Origin: Alphaproteobacteria bacterium
GTDB taxonomy: Bacteria > Pseudomonadota > Alphaproteobacteria > UBA9219 > RGZA01
NCBI GenBank assembly: GCA_021732145.1
Contig: JAKFVN010000006.1
Coordinates: forward strand, 2,474-66,473
DNA: 64,000 nt
Direction: 5' to 3'
Part shown: positions 40,870-51,064 of the stretch, piece after piece
Layout: each line of letters starts with the position of its first letter
How positions within the stretch are numbered: the stretch's first letter is position 1
Program-made: the position numbers and the translations under genes
The notes under the pieces: generated by a model
Database searches by the model: none
The model's input: the letters and a program-made list of their open reading frames with translations, nothing else
What the model was told of the DNA's origin: nothing

Positions 40870-40920
40870 CATGACCACTCGATTAAAAGTCGCGTGCTCT
40901 ACCAGCTGAGCTACAGGGTC
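40845..40920 (-). tRNA. tRNA-Lys (TTT)
   Basis: GACCCTGTAGCTCAGCTGGTAGAGCACGCGA-CTTTTAA-TCGAGTGGTCATGGGTTCAAATCCCATCGGGGTCACCA; one G.A mismatch in the anticodon stem. Confidence 0.94.
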
Positions 40921-41103
40921 TTTATTTCAAAGATGTGTCTAGATAGCGGTTACGGGCGCTGGGGTCAACATTTCAATTTACATGGCTTTTATAAGGGTTA
41001 CCGCGCCTTGCGCTGTGCATAACCATGCCTGAAATGCCCGAAAAACCCTTAATTACTTTCCAAGGCCGATGCTAGGTTAGCGCCATATTTTAAAGGATTT
41101 TTG

Positions 41104-41751
41104 ATGAATACCGTTAGCTGTGCTTCCATTCCGTCCGATGACCTCGATCAATTGCGCGAGATTATCGGTTATCACTGCCGCCTGATTCAGTCCCCGGTTG
41201 TTCAGCAACATCTGGCGGCTATTCCCAACATCTATGTGCTCGATACCATGATACGCGGCGGCGCGAATCTTCGTGCTTTTAGCGATGTGGTTGATACATT
41301 CCGCCATTGCCAAACCCACGGCAAGGTTATTGTGGCCAAGCGCGGCAATACGCCAATCGGCTATGCTGCCTACACTTCGTTTCCCGGCAGGAAGCTGGGC
41401 ATTACGCACCGCGCCAATGAACCCGTTGCATTCATCAACTTTTTCCGCGTGGCCGATTTGCCAACAGGCCAGCATGATGCCGATACCGCCATTAAACTTG
41501 TAACGACGATGCTTGATGAATTACGCGAACATTCAAGGCATTTCCGAATTGCGTACCGCTTTATCACGCCGCCGGAAAACGTGCTTACCTACCTTGCGCA
41601 GATTATGAAGCCAACGGCATTGGGTTTTGATGATTATGGCACATGGCGCGTGGCAGGATTAAATGCCGCTGACTTATCCTTGGGGATTATTCGCCGCCCC
41701 GCCAAGGCAGCCCCCAAACAGCCGGCTGCCATGCAGGCCAGCAAGCTTTAG
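41104..41751 (+). CDS. hypothetical protein, possibly degenerate GNAT fold
   Basis: VIVAKRGNTPIGYAAY hairpin followed by AFINFFRV; no clear acetyl-CoA motif. Confidence 0.55.
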   Translation: MNTVSCASIPSDDLDQLREIIGYHCRLIQSPVVQQHLAAIPNIYVLDTMIRGGANLRAFSDVVDTFRHCQTHGKVIVAKRGNTPIGYAAYTSFPGRKLGITHRANEPVAFINFFRVADLPTGQHDADTAIKLVTTMLDELREHSRHFRIAYRFITPPENVLTYLAQIMKPTALGFDDYGTWRVAGLNAADLSLGIIRRPAKAAPKQPAAMQASKL

Positions 41752-41752
41752 G

Positions 41753-42280
41753 CTATTTCAGCTTTTGCTTGATGTGTTTTAAAACGCGCTCGCTGACAAA
41801 CGGGCTGACCTCGCCGCCCAGACGCGCGATTTCTTTTACAAAACGTGACGAGATGAATTGGTATTTATCCGATGACATCAAGAACACGGTTTCCAAATCA
41901 GGCGCGATTTTGCGGTTCATTGCCGCCATTTGAAATTCATATTCAAAGTCGGATACCGCGCGCAGGCCGCGAATAATCACCTTCGCGCCCACCTGGCCTG
42001 CAAAATCAATCAGCAGGTTTTTAAACGGGCGCACGTCAATTTCAATGCCGGTATCCAGCTTGGCCACTTCCGCTTCGACCATTTTAATGCGGTCTTTCAG
42101 GCTGAATAGCGGGCCTTTGCCTGCATTATCGGCAACGCCCACTACCAATTTGTGCACGACCTTTGCGCCGCGCAGAATAATGTCGGTATGGCCCAAGGTG
42201 ATGGGGTCAAACGTGCCGGGATATAGGCCAATCAGTCTATCGCTGCTGTTAGACGTGCGGGCTGGGTTCGTCTTTTTCAT
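41753..42280 (-). CDS. coaD: pantetheine-phosphate adenylyltransferase
   Basis: [36 protein letters not shown]; start overlaps gyrA 3' end. Confidence 0.97.
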   Translation of the reverse strand: MKKTNPARTSNSSDRLIGLYPGTFDPITLGHTDIILRGAKVVHKLVVGVADNAGKGPLFSLKDRIKMVEAEVAKLDTGIEIDVRPFKNLLIDFAGQVGAKVIIRGLRAVSDFEYEFQMAAMNRKIAPDLETVFLMSSDKYQFISSRFVKEIARLGGEVSPFVSERVLKHIKQKLK

Positions 42281-44987
42281 CCGTTGTTTCTTCCTGAATA
42301 AGGGCTGAGGACACAACGTGTTCGCCTTCGGCAACGCGGAACAGGGTTACGCCCTGTGTCGCACGGCCAGCCACGCGAATGTCCTTCACCGGCATGCGGA
42401 TGATTTGGCCGCCATTGGTGACCAGCATCAAATCCTGCGTCAGTTCAACGGGCAGCGACGCCACAATCGCGTTGTTCTTCGTGCCCATATTCATGACCCA
42501 GATACCCGAACCACCGCGACCGGAGATACGGTATTCGTAGGATGATGTGCGCTTACCAAAGCCGGATGTGGAGACAGTGAGGATGAATTGCTCGGCATCC
42601 GCCAATTGCTTCATGCGTTCGGGTGACAGTGTAATGCTTGCTACGCTACCATCTTCATCAGAAGCTTCCACGGTTTCTTCAACGCCGCTTTCAGCGCGGC
42701 GAAGAGCTGCAGCCGCACGCAAATATGCAATGCGTTCTTCAGCGGTTGCTTCGGTGTGCTTGATGATGGACATGGAAATCAGTTCATCGCCATCAGATAA
42801 TTTAATCCCGCGCACACCCATAGAGTTACGACCCGCAAATACGCGGATGTCGGTCACGGCAAAGCGGATAGCCTTACCAAGGCGTGATGCGAGCAATACG
42901 TCATCTTCTTCATCACAGGTGTGAACGGAGATGAGCTTTTCGCCCTCCTCCAGCTTCATCGCAATCAAACCGGATTGGCGGATGCTGGTGAAGTCGGACA
43001 GCTTGTTACGGCGAACGGTACCAGCCGAAGTTGCAAACATGGCGTAGAGGTATTCCCAGCGGGATTCTTCTTCCGGCATGCGCATGACGGCGGTGATGGT
43101 TTCGCCCTGCTGCAATGGTAACAAGTTCACCAAGGCTTTACCGCGTGCGGCGGGGTTACCCAGCGGCAGCTTATACACCTTCATTTCATACACCATGCCG
43201 CGCGATGAGAAGAACAGCATTGGCGTGTGGGTGTTAGCCACGAATACATCCACCACCACGTCTTCTTCCTTGGTCGTCATGCCGGTGCGGCCTTTACCGC
43301 CACGGCGCTGCGCGCGGTAGGTTGAAAGCGGCACACGTTTGACATAGCCCGCCTGCGAAACAGTAACCACCATGTCTTCGCGCTGGATTAAATCTTCGAT
43401 ATCGCTTTCAAACTCTAAATCCTCAACCGTAGTACGGCGCGGCGTATTGAATTGCAGCTTAATCGCCGCCATTTCATCACGCATAATAGTAAGTACGCGC
43501 GGGCGATTGCTTAAAATATTGATGTAATCAGCGATACGCGCGGCAATTTCCTTCAAATCGTTGGAAATCTTTTCGCGTTCCAGACCGGTTAAGCGGTGCA
43601 AGCGCAAATCCAGAATTGCCTTCGCCTGAATTTCATCGAGGCGGTAGGTCTTGCGTGACTTATCTTCGCTGCCTTCCACCAGAACCAGCAATGGCGCAAT
43701 CGCATCTGCCGACCATTCGCGGGCAAGCAATTCAGCCTTCGCAATCGCAGGGTCAGAAGCACCGCGAATGATTTTGATAACTTCATCAATATTGGCAACG
43801 GCAATCGCCAAGCCAACCAAGATGTGTGCACGGTCACGGGCTTGTGACAATTCGTATTCGGTGCGCTTGTTAATGGTCTGTTCGCGAAACGCTAGGAACG
43901 CTTCCATCACCTGCTTGATATTCAGCAATTCCGGGCGGCCATCGCGCAGCGCCAGCATGTTCACACCGAAGGATGTTTGCAGCGGCGTATGCTTGAAAAG
44001 CTGGTTCAGCACAATTTCAGGCATCGCTTCGCGCTTTAATTCAATCACGATGCGAACGCCGTCGCGGTCGGACTCATCACGCAAATCGGAAATGCCTTCA
44101 ATCACCTTGTCATTCACCTGCGATGCGATGATTTCGATGAGGCGGAGCTTGTTCACCTGATACGGAATTTCGTTGACGATAATCGCCATCTTATCCTTGC
44201 GCACTTCTTCAATTTGCGTGCGTGCGCGGATGATGATGGAACCGCGGCCCGTATGGAACGCGGAGCGAATGCCGTTACGGCCGAGAATAATACCGCCAGT
44301 TGGAAAGTCTGGCGCTGGCATTACTTCCATTAAATCTTCAATCGACGCTTCCGGGTTATCAATCAACATGCAACATGCATCAATCACTTCGCCCAGATTA
44401 TGGGTTGGAATGTTGGTGGCCATACCCACCGCAATACCGCCCGCACCATTGATAAGCAGGTTTGGAAAACGTGCAGGAAGCACAGTTGGCTCGAATACGG
44501 ATTCATCGTAATTGGGCTGGAATGCTACGGTTTCTTTATCAATATCTTCGAGAAGCGTTTCAGCGGTTTTGCCCAGACGTGCTTCGGTATAACGCATCGC
44601 GGCTGGCGGATCGCCATCCATCGAGCCGAAGTTACCTTGGCCGTCAATGAGCGGCAGGCGCATGGAGAAATCCTGCGCCATACGAACCATTGCATCATAA
44701 ATCGCGCTATCACCGTGCGGGTGATATTTACCCATCACGTCACCAACGATGCGGGCGGATTTTTTGTAAGGCTTGGAGCTGTCATAGCCGCCATCTTTCA
44801 TGGCGTATAAAATTCTGCGGTGAACTGGTTTTAATCCGTCGCGCACATCTGGCAGAGCGCGGCTCACGATTACGCTCATCGCGTAATCGAGGTAGGATTT
44901 CTTCATCTCATCTTCAATAGTGATGGGCAGCGTATTGGTGTTGGATGGTGGCTGCGCCGGTGGCATGGTGTTTTGATTACTGCTCAC
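42249..44987 (-). CDS. gyrA: DNA gyrase subunit A
   Basis: [28 protein letters not shown], GyrA-box QRRGGKG. Confidence 0.98.
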   Translation of the reverse strand: MSSNQNTMPPAQPPSNTNTLPITIEDEMKKSYLDYAMSVIVSRALPDVRDGLKPVHRRILYAMKDGGYDSSKPYKKSARIVGDVMGKYHPHGDSAIYDAMVRMAQDFSMRLPLIDGQGNFGSMDGDPPAAMRYTEARLGKTAETLLEDIDKETVAFQPNYDESVFEPTVLPARFPNLLINGAGGIAVGMATNIPTHNLGEVIDACCMLIDNPEASIEDLMEVMPAPDFPTGGIILGRNGIRSAFHTGRGSIIIRARTQIEEVRKDKMAIIVNEIPYQVNKLRLIEIIASQVNDKVIEGISDLRDESDRDGVRIVIELKREAMPEIVLNQLFKHTPLQTSFGVNMLALRDGRPELLNIKQVMEAFLAFREQTINKRTEYELSQARDRAHILVGLAIAVANIDEVIKIIRGASDPAIAKAELLAREWSADAIAPLLVLVEGSEDKSRKTYRLDEIQAKAILDLRLHRLTGLEREKISNDLKEIAARIADYINILSNRPRVLTIMRDEMAAIKLQFNTPRRTTVEDLEFESDIEDLIQREDMVVTVSQAGYVKRVPLSTYRAQRRGGKGRTGMTTKEEDVVVDVFVANTHTPMLFFSSRGMVYEMKVYKLPLGNPAARGKALVNLLPLQQGETITAVMRMPEEESRWEYLYAMFATSAGTVRRNKLSDFTSIRQSGLIAMKLEEGEKLISVHTCDEEDDVLLASRLGKAIRFAVTDIRVFAGRNSMGVRGIKLSDGDELISMSIIKHTEATAEERIAYLRAAAALRRAESGVEETVEASDEDGSVASITLSPERMKQLADAEQFILTVSTSGFGKRTSSYEYRISGRGGSGIWVMNMGTKNNAIVASLPVELTQDLMLVTNGGQIIRMPVKDIRVAGRATQGVTLFRVAEGEHVVSSALIQEETTDEKDEPSPHV

Positions 44988-45211
44988 GTGGTTTTCCTAA
45001 GATTTATGATTCTAATGCTGGAGAGTGTAGGCATGGCGCACAGAAAAGCAAGCATTTATAAGCCTAAATAACGCTTAATAATCAAGACGTTACAGGGTGA
45101 TTTTAAGGGGATTTTTTATATGGCAGTTTAGAAAGAAGATTTGCCATTCTTTGCTACTTCCACTAGTTAAAAAGCTTCAAATCTCAATCCTATTCAGTTG
45201 AAGGTCATCTT

Positions 45212-46141
45212 ATGAAACTCACCCGTAAAGTTCGCGAAATTCTTGATAATTATGAAAGCGATTGCCCCGGCACCAAAGCCAATCTTGCCCGCATGTTGAT
45301 GGCAGGACGTTTGGGCGGCACCGGCAAAATGATTATCCTTCCCGTTGACCAAGGATTTGAACACGGCCCCGCACGCAGCTTTGCGCCAAACCCGGAAGCA
45401 TACGACCCGCACTATCATTACCAATTGGCGATTGATGCAGGCCTTAATGCCTATGCCGCTCCTCTTGGAATGTTAGAAGCTGGCGCATCAACCTTCGCTG
45501 GCACCATTCCAACCATTTTGAAAATGAACAGCGCCAACAGCCTGTCACGCCAAAAGGAAGCGCCCGATCAAGCCGTTACCGCCAGCGTAAAAGACGCGCT
45601 GCGTTTGGGCTGCTCTGCAATCGGTTTTACGATTTATCCCGGTTCGGATGTGATGTATGACCAATACGAAGAATTCCGCGACCTGTCACGCCAAGCAAAA
45701 GAAAACGGCTTGGCCGTGGTGTTGTGGTCGTACGCTCGGGGCGGCAATTTGTCGAAGGATGGCGAAACCGCGTTTGACGTAATTACGTACGCTGCGCACA
45801 TGGCGACACTTCTTGGCGCACATATTATCAAGGTCAAATTGCCGACTGATTTCCTGGAACAACCGGATGCGAAGAAGGTTTACGAAGCCAAGGCCATTCC
45901 AAAAGCAACGCAAGCCGACCGCGTGAAGCATATTATGCAATGCTGCTTTAATAATCGTCGCATTGTTGTATTCAGCGGCGGCGCAACCAAGGGCGAAAGC
46001 AGCGTGTTTGATGATGCGCGCGCCATTCGTGATGGCGGCGGCAACGGCTCCATCATCGGGCGCAACTCCTTCCAGCGCCCACGCGAAGATGCATTAAAGC
46101 TGCTTGATGAATTGGTAAAAATCTACCAAGGCAAAGCGTAG
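45212..46141 (+). CDS. fbaB: class I fructose-bisphosphate aldolase
   Basis: ILPVDQGFEHGP, AIGFTIYPGS, IIKVK, FSGG, IIGRN.FQR. Confidence 0.93.
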   Translation: MKLTRKVREILDNYESDCPGTKANLARMLMAGRLGGTGKMIILPVDQGFEHGPARSFAPNPEAYDPHYHYQLAIDAGLNAYAAPLGMLEAGASTFAGTIPTILKMNSANSLSRQKEAPDQAVTASVKDALRLGCSAIGFTIYPGSDVMYDQYEEFRDLSRQAKENGLAVVLWSYARGGNLSKDGETAFDVITYAAHMATLLGAHIIKVKLPTDFLEQPDAKKVYEAKAIPKATQADRVKHIMQCCFNNRRIVVFSGGATKGESSVFDDARAIRDGGGNGSIIGRNSFQRPREDALKLLDELVKIYQGKA

Positions 46142-46176
46142 CTATATTCAGGTCGCGCGCGGATGGAGAGCAACCT

Positions 46177-46809
46177 CTGACACGCATTTATCTTATCACC
46201 CCGCCGGAGTTTGAGCTGGCTGCGCTGTCGCAGCAGCTTCCGTCGGTGCTGGATAATGCGGACATTGCCTGTGTACAATTACGCATCAAAGACAAAACCA
46301 ATGATGATTGGGAACGTGCCATTGAAACGCTGATGCCCATTTGCTGGAAGCGCGATATTGCGTTCATTTTGAACGATCGCGTGGATTTGACGAAGCGTTT
46401 TAGCGCCGACGGCGTGCATATCGGCAAGGAAGATATGACGTACACCATGGCGCGCAGCATTTTGGGCAAAGACAAAATAATCGGTGTCAGTTGCTATGCC
46501 AGCAAAGACAGCGCGATGGATGCCGCCGAAGAAGGCGCGGATTACGTGGCGTTTGGCTCCGCCTTTCCATCATCCACCAAGGAAAATGCGCCGCTTGTTC
46601 CGTTAAGCGTATTTGAGGACTGGGTGATGGCCGTCAAAACACCCTGCGTTGCCATTGGTGGCATCACGGCGCAGAACTGCGCCCCGCTGGTCAAGGCAGG
46701 CGTGGAATTCGTTGCTGTTATCGGGCAAGTCTGGAATCACGCAGACGGCGCAGCTGCGGGCGCGAAGGAACTGCAAAAAGCAATCGACCAGCATAAAAAA
46801 ACAGCTTAA
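46177..46809 (+). CDS. thiE: thiamine phosphate synthase (start uncertain; CTG proposed)
   Basis: In-frame RIYLITP upstream of the track start, QLR.K, ILND, DGVHIG..D, GADYVAFG, VAIGGI. Confidence 0.85.
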   Translation: MTRIYLITPPEFELAALSQQLPSVLDNADIACVQLRIKDKTNDDWERAIETLMPICWKRDIAFILNDRVDLTKRFSADGVHIGKEDMTYTMARSILGKDKIIGVSCYASKDSAMDAAEEGADYVAFGSAFPSSTKENAPLVPLSVFEDWVMAVKTPCVAIGGITAQNCAPLVKAGVEFVAVIGQVWNHADGAAAGAKELQKAIDQHKKTA

Positions 46810-46843
46810 GGTTTTAGCTTCAGTTTTTTGCCGCGAGGTTTTT

Positions 46844-47266
46844 ATGGTCAACACCCCTTCCGTCACGATTTTATATGCAGGGCTTTTCGGGTTATTGCTG
46901 CTCGTGCTCTCGCTCAACATTTTCCGCGAATATATCCGCGTCGCGATTAACGCCAAATCAAGCAATGAAGAATTATGGCGCCGCGCGGAACGCGCGCAGC
47001 ACAGTTTCGTTGAATTTGTGCCGATGTGCCTTGTGCTGATGTTTCTGATTGAAGTGCATGGCGCGCCCGCGCCCGTGCTGCATTGCCTTGGCATCATGCT
47101 GCTGACCGCGCGCGTGCTCCATGCATACGGCGTTGGCAAAGATAGCGCCGCGAATGTCATGCGCATTATCGGTACGCAAACAACCTATTTGACGTTAATG
47201 ATTAGCAGCCTGGCTGCGATTTACTACGCCTTACTGCCAATACTGGTTGTGAAGATTGCCGGCTAG
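46844..47266 (+). CDS. MAPEG family membrane protein
   Basis: LYAGL.GLL..VLS, RAERAQ.SF.EFVP, LH.LG.ML..AR.LHA.G. Confidence 0.85.
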   Translation: MVNTPSVTILYAGLFGLLLLVLSLNIFREYIRVAINAKSSNEELWRRAERAQHSFVEFVPMCLVLMFLIEVHGAPAPVLHCLGIMLLTARVLHAYGVGKDSAANVMRIIGTQTTYLTLMISSLAAIYYALLPILVVKIAG

Positions 47267-47346
47267 AAAGTAATTAACCGCTATAGCCCTTTCCACTTCT
47301 TTGCTATTCCTACTGCCAACTATTTTAAAAAATTAGGCGGTAAGCA

Positions 47347-47949
47347 ATGCGTATATACGTTCCATCCAAAGACACCACTGCGCTGAACAGATGGGATTAT
47401 TTATTCGCCCAAATCAAAAGCAAACCAACCATTCCTGCCGATAATATTATTCCGGATATTTCCGGTGATTGGGTGCGCACCGACCGCGCGATGGAATGCC
47501 GCAATGCAGATGAAGCACCAGGCCTAAAATGGTTTGTAACGCCCAATGGTTCACGCAGCGAAGTTTCCCCGCCAGACATTGACCGCGCAACCAAACGCGC
47601 GCGCATGTTGCACTGGTTTATTACCAATAGTGAAATCACTGGCAAGTTTACGGGTTCAGGCGCGGGCTCCGCGCATGACCACGGCTCCGTGATTGAATAC
47701 ACGGGCATGGTCGATGGGCAGCATGTTTTTAAATACACGACAACGCGCAGCGTATTGGATAAAACGCAAGGTGAGATTAAAACCGATATGTATGGTGTGC
47801 TGGTAGTTGATTTGGATGAATACGGAAAACCACGCAAGCTGACCAGTGTTGTTTATGACAATGATGGGCGTGACCCCGATTTGCCAAAAACCCCTGATAA
47901 GGTTTTCAAAGAAATTTCAATCTGGAAATTGAACGCAGCGCCAGCTTAG
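47347..47949 (+). CDS. hypothetical protein
   Basis: 200-aa ORF with beta-rich C-terminal half; no recognised family. Confidence 0.65.
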   Translation: MRIYVPSKDTTALNRWDYLFAQIKSKPTIPADNIIPDISGDWVRTDRAMECRNADEAPGLKWFVTPNGSRSEVSPPDIDRATKRARMLHWFITNSEITGKFTGSGAGSAHDHGSVIEYTGMVDGQHVFKYTTTRSVLDKTQGEIKTDMYGVLVVDLDEYGKPRKLTSVVYDNDGRDPDLPKTPDKVFKEISIWKLNAAPA

Positions 47950-48182
47950 TTGATTAGGAATAGCGTTCCCTGAACAAGGCAACCAAGCCCCAGCACCATT
48001 AAGGCAATGCCATAGACTATTACACCCATAAAGCTTGGGCGCTTGCTGTTTATGCTGGACAGCCCTGCGTCGGCTTTTTCGGGATTCATCGAATCGCCAT
48101 ATGCCCAAAGGAGCAAGCCGCCGATTGAAAGAAATGATAGCCCCGCTATCACGCACCATGCCGCCCAGTCCATTATTGCCAT
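47946..48182 (-). CDS. small two-helix membrane protein
   Basis: 78 aa, two hydrophobic segments, GGAAGGA RBS upstream. Confidence 0.6.
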   Translation of the reverse strand: MAIMDWAAWCVIAGLSFLSIGGLLLWAYGDSMNPEKADAGLSSINSKRPSFMGVIVYGIALMVLGLGCLVQGTLFLIN

Positions 48183-48247
48183 GATTGTTCCTTCCTAGCT
48201 CGTAACGTCTTTTAGAATATATCGGTTCTATCCTTTGTTCAACTTCG

Positions 48248-48263
48248 TTAAATTCTCTTTAAC
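48248..48263 (+). promoter_or_regulatory. CtrA-type binding box upstream of motA
   Basis: TTAA-ATTCTCT-TTAAC, exact TTAA-N7-TTAAC consensus ~90 bp before motA. Confidence 0.7.
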
Positions 48264-48354
48264 ACTCACTGGTCAATAATTAACAAAGTATCGCAGGCTC
48301 CGTTTAACTCACCAAATTACCTAAACCTTTTTCATAACTTTTTGAACAGTCTCT

Positions 48355-49218
48355 ATGAACGCAATTATCGGTATTTTGGTTGTTATCTTGTGCACCATGG
48401 GAGGCTATGCCTTCGATCACGGCAACCTTGCCGTATTATGGATGCCATTTGAATTCATCATCATCCTTGGTTCAGGCATTGGCGCATTCATTACATCAAA
48501 TACGCCTGCGACATTGAAGCGTGTTGGCAAATTATTGCCCACCGCATTCAAAAAACCCGCGCACACCAAGCAAAGCTATATCGAATTGCTGAGCGTTTTA
48601 TATCAAACCTTCAAGCTTGCAAAAACCAAGGGCATGCTGGCACTGGAAGCGCACGTTGAAAAACCCGATGAAAGCACGCTGTTTCAGCCCTTCCCCAGCT
48701 TTCTGGCCGACCACCACGCGGTTGAATTTTTCTGCGACTATTTGCGCCTCGTGACATTGGGCGCGGATAAAGCTTATGAACTTGAAACATTGATGGATCA
48801 GGAAATCGAAGTTCACCATCAAGAAGAGCACGAAGTGTCCGGTGCCATTCAAAGCATGGCCGATGGTATGCCCGCGCTGGGTATTGTGGCTGCGGTGCTT
48901 GGCGTTATTAAAACGATGGGGTCGATTACCGAGCCGCCCGAGGTATTGGGCCACATGATTGGCGGCGCGCTGGTGGGTACATTTTTTGGCGTATGGGTTT
49001 CCTATGGTTATCTGGCCCCATTAGCAAACGCATTGAATGCACAATTTGCCCTGAACGGTAAGTACTACCAAGTCATCAAGGCCGGTTTGCTGGCGCATTT
49101 GGGCGGTTATGCGCCATCCATCTCGATTGAATATGCACGCAAATCCATCCCCAATGATTTGCGCCCGACCTTTCTGGAAATGGAAGAAGCTACATCCGCA
49201 TTGCCAGCCCCTGGTTAA
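48355..49218 (+). CDS. motA: flagellar motor stator protein MotA
   Basis: P.EFIII.G, G.LALE.HVE.P..S, PALGIVAAVLGV, GGALVGTF.G, EYARK. Confidence 0.96.
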   Translation: MNAIIGILVVILCTMGGYAFDHGNLAVLWMPFEFIIILGSGIGAFITSNTPATLKRVGKLLPTAFKKPAHTKQSYIELLSVLYQTFKLAKTKGMLALEAHVEKPDESTLFQPFPSFLADHHAVEFFCDYLRLVTLGADKAYELETLMDQEIEVHHQEEHEVSGAIQSMADGMPALGIVAAVLGVIKTMGSITEPPEVLGHMIGGALVGTFFGVWVSYGYLAPLANALNAQFALNGKYYQVIKAGLLAHLGGYAPSISIEYARKSIPNDLRPTFLEMEEATSALPAPG

Positions 49219-49236
49219 CCTTACAGGACACATATC

Positions 49237-50430
49237 ATGGCCAAAGGTAACGACAGCGGCGGCACAACCATCATTATCAAGCGTATCAAAAAAGGCGGGC
49301 ATGGCCATCATGGCGGCGCATGGAAAGTGGCTTATGCCGACTTCGTGACGGCGATGATGGCGTTCTTTTTGCTGTTATGGCTTTTAAACGTCACCACCGA
49401 CGTAGAACGCAAAGGCATTGCCGATTATTTCTCCCCTGCCTCCATCTCGAAATCGGAATCCGGCGCGGGTGGCGTATTTGGCGGCAAGACCGTCACCACG
49501 GAAGGTGCGCAAATCAGCGAAACATCGCCGCCGGGATTAAGCAAGGCCGTTCCTGAACAGAACGAAACCGATGAAGATCACCAGGAAGACCCCGCTTATG
49601 GAACACCTGCCGGCACAAATAAAAACATGAACGACAAGCTGACCAGCGGCGATGCGGCCGCGGTTTCACAGCTTCAAAAACTGGTGGCGCCAAAAGTCCC
49701 CGATGAAGTCGCGCCCGATAAAATGAACGAAGCTGCTTTGGAAGAAGCCAAGAAACGCGAAGAAGAAAGCTTTAAGAAGGCCGAGGACGCGCTGCGCGAA
49801 GCCATCAAGCAATCCCCTGAAATGGCATCCCTGGAAGAAAACCTGCTGATTGACAGTACGCCAGAGGGCCTGCGCATTCAAATCGTCGATAAGAACGGTT
49901 ATTCGCTGTTTTCAACCGGCAATGCCAATCTGGTTGGCCGCAGCCGCGATTTGGTGATGACGGTAGGCAAGGTTATCTCCCGCCTTCCGAACAAGATTAC
50001 GATTTCAGGCAATACCGATAGCACTCCCTATCGCGGGATTTCGCGCAGCAATAACTGGGAACTGTCATCGGGCCGCGCTTTTTCCAGCATGATGGCGTTG
50101 ATTGCAGGCGGCTTTACCGAAGACCGCGTGATGGATATTCGCGGCAAGGCTGACCGCGAGCCATTGATGAAGGAAGATACCAAGAACCCGCAGAACCGCC
50201 GCATCAGCATTGTATTGCTGCGTCGTTATGGGAATGAAAAACAGGAAACACAGCCAGATGCGGCCAAGAAGCAAGATGCTGAAGCAGCGCCGCCCGATAC
50301 AAATGGGGGCCCTGCAATTCATCCTGCTGCTGATTTTACGAATAAGATGCCGGAAGAAAAACCCGCTGCATCACCCGCGCTTACGCCCGGCAATGTGCCG
50401 CGCTTAACGCCGCCCTCACCAATTCATTAG
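49237..50430 (+). CDS. motB: flagellar motor protein MotB
   Basis: HHGGAWKVAYADFVTAMMAFFLLLWL, OmpA-like G.TD, NWELS..RA, NRRISI. Confidence 0.96.
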   Translation: MAKGNDSGGTTIIIKRIKKGGHGHHGGAWKVAYADFVTAMMAFFLLLWLLNVTTDVERKGIADYFSPASISKSESGAGGVFGGKTVTTEGAQISETSPPGLSKAVPEQNETDEDHQEDPAYGTPAGTNKNMNDKLTSGDAAAVSQLQKLVAPKVPDEVAPDKMNEAALEEAKKREEESFKKAEDALREAIKQSPEMASLEENLLIDSTPEGLRIQIVDKNGYSLFSTGNANLVGRSRDLVMTVGKVISRLPNKITISGNTDSTPYRGISRSNNWELSSGRAFSSMMALIAGGFTEDRVMDIRGKADREPLMKEDTKNPQNRRISIVLLRRYGNEKQETQPDAAKKQDAEAAPPDTNGGPAIHPAADFTNKMPEEKPAASPALTPGNVPRLTPPSPIH

Positions 50431-50957
50431 TTCTGAGGTGGCATTGGTGCGCGCGTTGGCGTACCGCGCAGAGCTTCCGATGGTGCAGAAAATGGCACAG
50501 TTGATGGCACAGAGATTGGCCCAGTAGGTGTAGGCGAAGACGATGGTGTTGCAGCAGCAGATGCAGCGCCATTGATGATTGCTACCATACCTGCGCGGTC
50601 AGCGGCATTGATATTTGACGTGGTTGGCGTTGATGCCTTGATAACCATGGATTTGACCATCGCTTCAACCATGTCAACGTTATAAGGGGTCGCACGCATG
50701 GTATCGCGCAATTGATTGACCATATCTGCGGGGAACTGTTCGTTAGAAGTTCCATCCACAACATGACCCCATAATTTACTGAAATTTTCCTTACCGCCAG
50801 CACGGTTTTCAAACCAGTCACTGCGGTCCATACTCATGGCTATGCGCATACCCACAAAATTTCTATGGAGATTGAATCTATCATATGCTGACAGGGCTAA
50901 TGGTTGACCATTCGATGGTTCAACTGCATTTGAAAATGCCTTGCTAAAATCAACCAT
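50427..50957 (-). CDS. hypothetical protein with Ser/Thr/Pro-rich tail
   Basis: 176-aa ORF with AAAGGA RBS; convergent 4-bp overlap with motB. Confidence 0.65.
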   Translation of the reverse strand: MVDFSKAFSNAVEPSNGQPLALSAYDRFNLHRNFVGMRIAMSMDRSDWFENRAGGKENFSKLWGHVVDGTSNEQFPADMVNQLRDTMRATPYNVDMVEAMVKSMVIKASTPTTSNINAADRAGMVAIINGAASAAATPSSSPTPTGPISVPSTVPFSAPSEALRGTPTRAPMPPQN

Positions 50958-51064
50958 AAAAAATCCTTTTCAAAAATCTGATAAGGGAAATATAGTTTAT
51001 TGGGCTTAACCAACTCTGAATTCTGCTTAAGAATTGCTTCAAATTTTAGGTATAGGCTGGTTTT

